Below are positions 39,885-41,407 of a stretch of 41,407 nucleotides of DNA, piece after piece. The notes beneath the pieces are model-generated. The model was not told where the DNA came from. It made no database searches and saw nothing but the letters and a program-made list of their open reading frames with translations. Origin of the DNA: a virus; the IMG/VR virus record IMGVR_UViG_3300048074_000118; one strand, written 5' to 3'. Position 1 is the stretch's first letter. Each line of letters starts with the position of its first letter. A program made the position numbers and the translations under genes.

Positions 39885-40898
39885 CTACGCCGCCTTCCGC
39901 ACCGCGAAGTAGGGGAAGAGCATGTAATTGAGTCCACCTATGGCGACTACTTCACCAGCCGCATAGCCATTGCCCACGGCCTCGCAGAAGAAAACGTTGG
40001 GAGCGTAGCCGATCGGAGCCCACCGGCCGGCGGGGTCGGTGTGCACGCAGACATGCATTGGAAGCAGGAGCGCGCCGGCGAACGCCGTCTGGTGGGTACG
40101 GCCGACCATGTAGTTATAGTTCGGATACTGGCGGTCTCGGCTGGTGTCGTAGCCGTTGAGGTTGATCGGGCTCGAAAGCCTGCGACCGGTGTACCCATTG
40201 TTGACGTCGGTGTCGTTACCGTTCCCGACCCACCGATTCACCCACGTTGCTGCGTCCACCCGCACGAAGGCCGCACAGTCCCAATCGTAATCACCGGGCT
40301 CTTCGTTCTGCAGGTACGCGAAGGGGGTCCACGCCGTCTGCTGGATGCCGGCAAGTGCATAGTCCGGGGTTTGATCGGCCGTTCTGTAGGCAGATGAGCT
40401 GGCGTAGAAATACGGAAAGGCCTCAGGAGCTCCCCCGCCGGCGAGTGCCAGCCCCCAGCCCATGTGGACGAACACTCCAGGGTTGCGCTCGACGACAACG
40501 ATGATGTTGTCCTGGCCATCGTCGAAGAGGTGGTAGGCGGCCACAGAACCCGAAGGTAGGTTCATGCCGCACCCGGACGGGGATCCGTCTGTTCTAAGAG
40601 GCACGCCGGGCTGGATGTCCCAGGCATACCCTGCCGAGAAGCCCGATCCCAGGATGAGGCCGATCCCATATCCCACAACCCGATCCCAGTTCCCCGTCGG
40701 CAGTTTGGACCAGATCTTCTCATTCATCGCGGCGCGCAGGTTCACGTAGACGCCGCCTTTATAGAGGTGCGCCCTCCATCCGGTGCCTTCGGAGCCGGAG
40801 ATCTCCTCCGTCCATCCTTGACTGATGAGCCAGGTCACGATTGTCTGAAGCAGGTTTGTAGGCGACGAGCTGATCCCGGTCTGGTAGCTGGCTGGCAT
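39885..40898 (-). CDS. Tail fibre/receptor-binding-like protein, shorter paralog of the 531-aa wrap-around protein (337 aa)
   Basis: ATG at 40898 lies 2 nt after the upstream TGA. It shares the N-terminal helix ('LLQTIVTWLISQGWT' vs 'FIDLLDRLDTFLTAKG'), a central 'IIVVVERNPGVFVHMGWGL' vs 'WFIADGRRAIVIAKINTQYEMAYLGLL', and C-terminal blocks. Confidence 0.7.
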   Translation of the reverse strand: MPASYQTGISSSPTNLLQTIVTWLISQGWTEEISGSEGTGWRAHLYKGGVYVNLRAAMNEKIWSKLPTGNWDRVVGYGIGLILGSGFSAGYAWDIQPGVPLRTDGSPSGCGMNLPSGSVAAYHLFDDGQDNIIVVVERNPGVFVHMGWGLALAGGGAPEAFPYFYASSSAYRTADQTPDYALAGIQQTAWTPFAYLQNEEPGDYDWDCAAFVRVDAATWVNRWVGNGNDTDVNNGYTGRRLSSPINLNGYDTSRDRQYPNYNYMVGRTHQTAFAGALLLPMHVCVHTDPAGRWAPIGYAPNVFFCEAVGNGYAAGEVVAIGGLNYMLFPYFAVRKAA

Positions 40899-40900
40899 GA

Positions 40901-41407
40901 TCAGTCCAGCGCGACGGCCAGGAAGTCGTCGCGGTCGGTTCGGGTGATGTTGTGCAGGACCATCCAGTCGACGGCCCCGAGCCTCAACAAGGTCTCGGCG
41001 GTGAGCCCTTGGCCAGTCACAGCGGCAACGCCTCGCAGCTGACCAATCGTGTTCGGTGCGGCCGCGTTCAGCATCACTGGCCACAGCGCGTAGGAGCCGT
41101 CCAGATTGACATCGAGGAGACTCAGGCCGCAGCGATACGGCCAGACGACGTTCTTGTAACTCGCCGGCGTGCCGGACACGCCGTCGTTGCTGCTGGCCTC
41201 GAAAGGCAGCCAGACGCCGTCAAGCCCCCTGGCGGCAAGCTGTGAATCCTCCGGCTCAAGGGGCGAAGTCTCGCTCAGGGTATCCGCGTGCGTCGGCATC
41301 CGATGATTGTCTGTCGTGTTGGACCAGCGATAGGACGTGCTCTCCAGGGTCGGCGGAGCTTCGGTCAGAGCCAGGGAAGCACCCAGGGCCAACGGATAGG
41401 GCCACTG
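40901..41407 (-). CDS. C-terminal part of the wrap-around 531-aa tail protein (stop TGA at 40903..40901)
   Basis: The ORF track shows only a TTG-initiated 163-aa piece. The frame stays open to the window end and joins 1..1216 through the 127-nt overlap. Confidence 0.8.
   Translation of the reverse strand, partial: QWPYPLALGASLALTEAPPTLESTSYRWSNTTDNHRMPTHADTLSETSPLEPEDSQLAARGLDGVWLPFEASSNDGVSGTPASYKNVVWPYRCGLSLLDVNLDGSYALWPVMLNAAAPNTIGQLRGVAAVTGQGLTAETLLRLGAVDWMVLHNITRTDRDDFLAVALD
41281..41407. repeat. Terminal direct repeat, right copy (identical to 1..127)
   Basis: Same comparison. The repeat lies inside a coding frame, which argues for an assembly overlap of a circular molecule. Confidence 0.97.

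Larger units (their letters stand above)
1..41407. mobile_element. Complete circularly closed temperate tailed-phage genome (unique length 41,280 bp)
   Basis: Full set of terminase, portal, capsid, tail, lysis, CI/Cro, integrase and replication genes. The ends overlap exactly by 127 nt, and one ORF runs in phase across the junction. Confidence 0.85.

Noticed and set aside
1-41407. Diversity-generating retroelement, retron, CRISPR or restriction-modification system
   Set aside because: I recognised no reverse transcriptase, no methyltransferase, no spaced repeat array and no template/variable repeat pair near the tail-fibre genes.

Overview
High-GC window of 41,407 nt. The first and last 127 nt are identical, so it reads as a circularly closed 41,280-bp genome of a temperate siphovirus-type phage or excised prophage. 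All domain calls come from motifs I recognise by eye; no searches were run.

Minus strand, in transcription order across the circular junction:
- Fused prohead-protease/HK97-type major capsid gene, then neck genes and the major tail protein.
- Tail chaperones G/GT with a T-run -1 slippery site, then the tape measure.
- A 531-aa discoidin-containing tail protein that wraps around the window ends and is invisible in the ORF track, followed by a 337-aa paralog.
- Two distal-tail-like proteins, a BR0599/DUF2163-type hub and a J-like host-specificity protein.
- After terminator hairpins: a small HTH gene, a 273-aa gene, Nu1-like TerS and GpA-like TerL.

Plus strand, divergent from the capsid gene:
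- gpW-like protein and lambda-family portal.
- Two Sec-signal proteins, one of them DUF2341-LamG-SGNH esterase.
- A lysis cassette: holin-like protein, M15 peptidase, patatin-like phospholipase and a small 2-TM protein.

Early genes (minus): Cro-like protein, small proteins including a YccV/HspQ-like one, a secreted protein, a winged-helix protein, an orphan ParB, a J-domain protein and a replisome-organizer-like protein with internal repeats.

Lysogeny and accessory region (23.1-31.1 kb):
- CI (HTH + S24) followed by five tightly packed genes, four membrane proteins and one PD-(D/E)xK nuclease, in the lambda rexAB position. This is my best candidate for an undescribed defence/exclusion system.
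- Large serine recombinase with a candidate attP.
- A DUF6941-like/antitoxin/RelE operon.
- A decayed second copy of the terL 3' end that, with the live terL 3' end, brackets a 1.39-kb cassette (structured non-coding DNA plus two genes).

No rRNA, tRNA or CRISPR array was seen.
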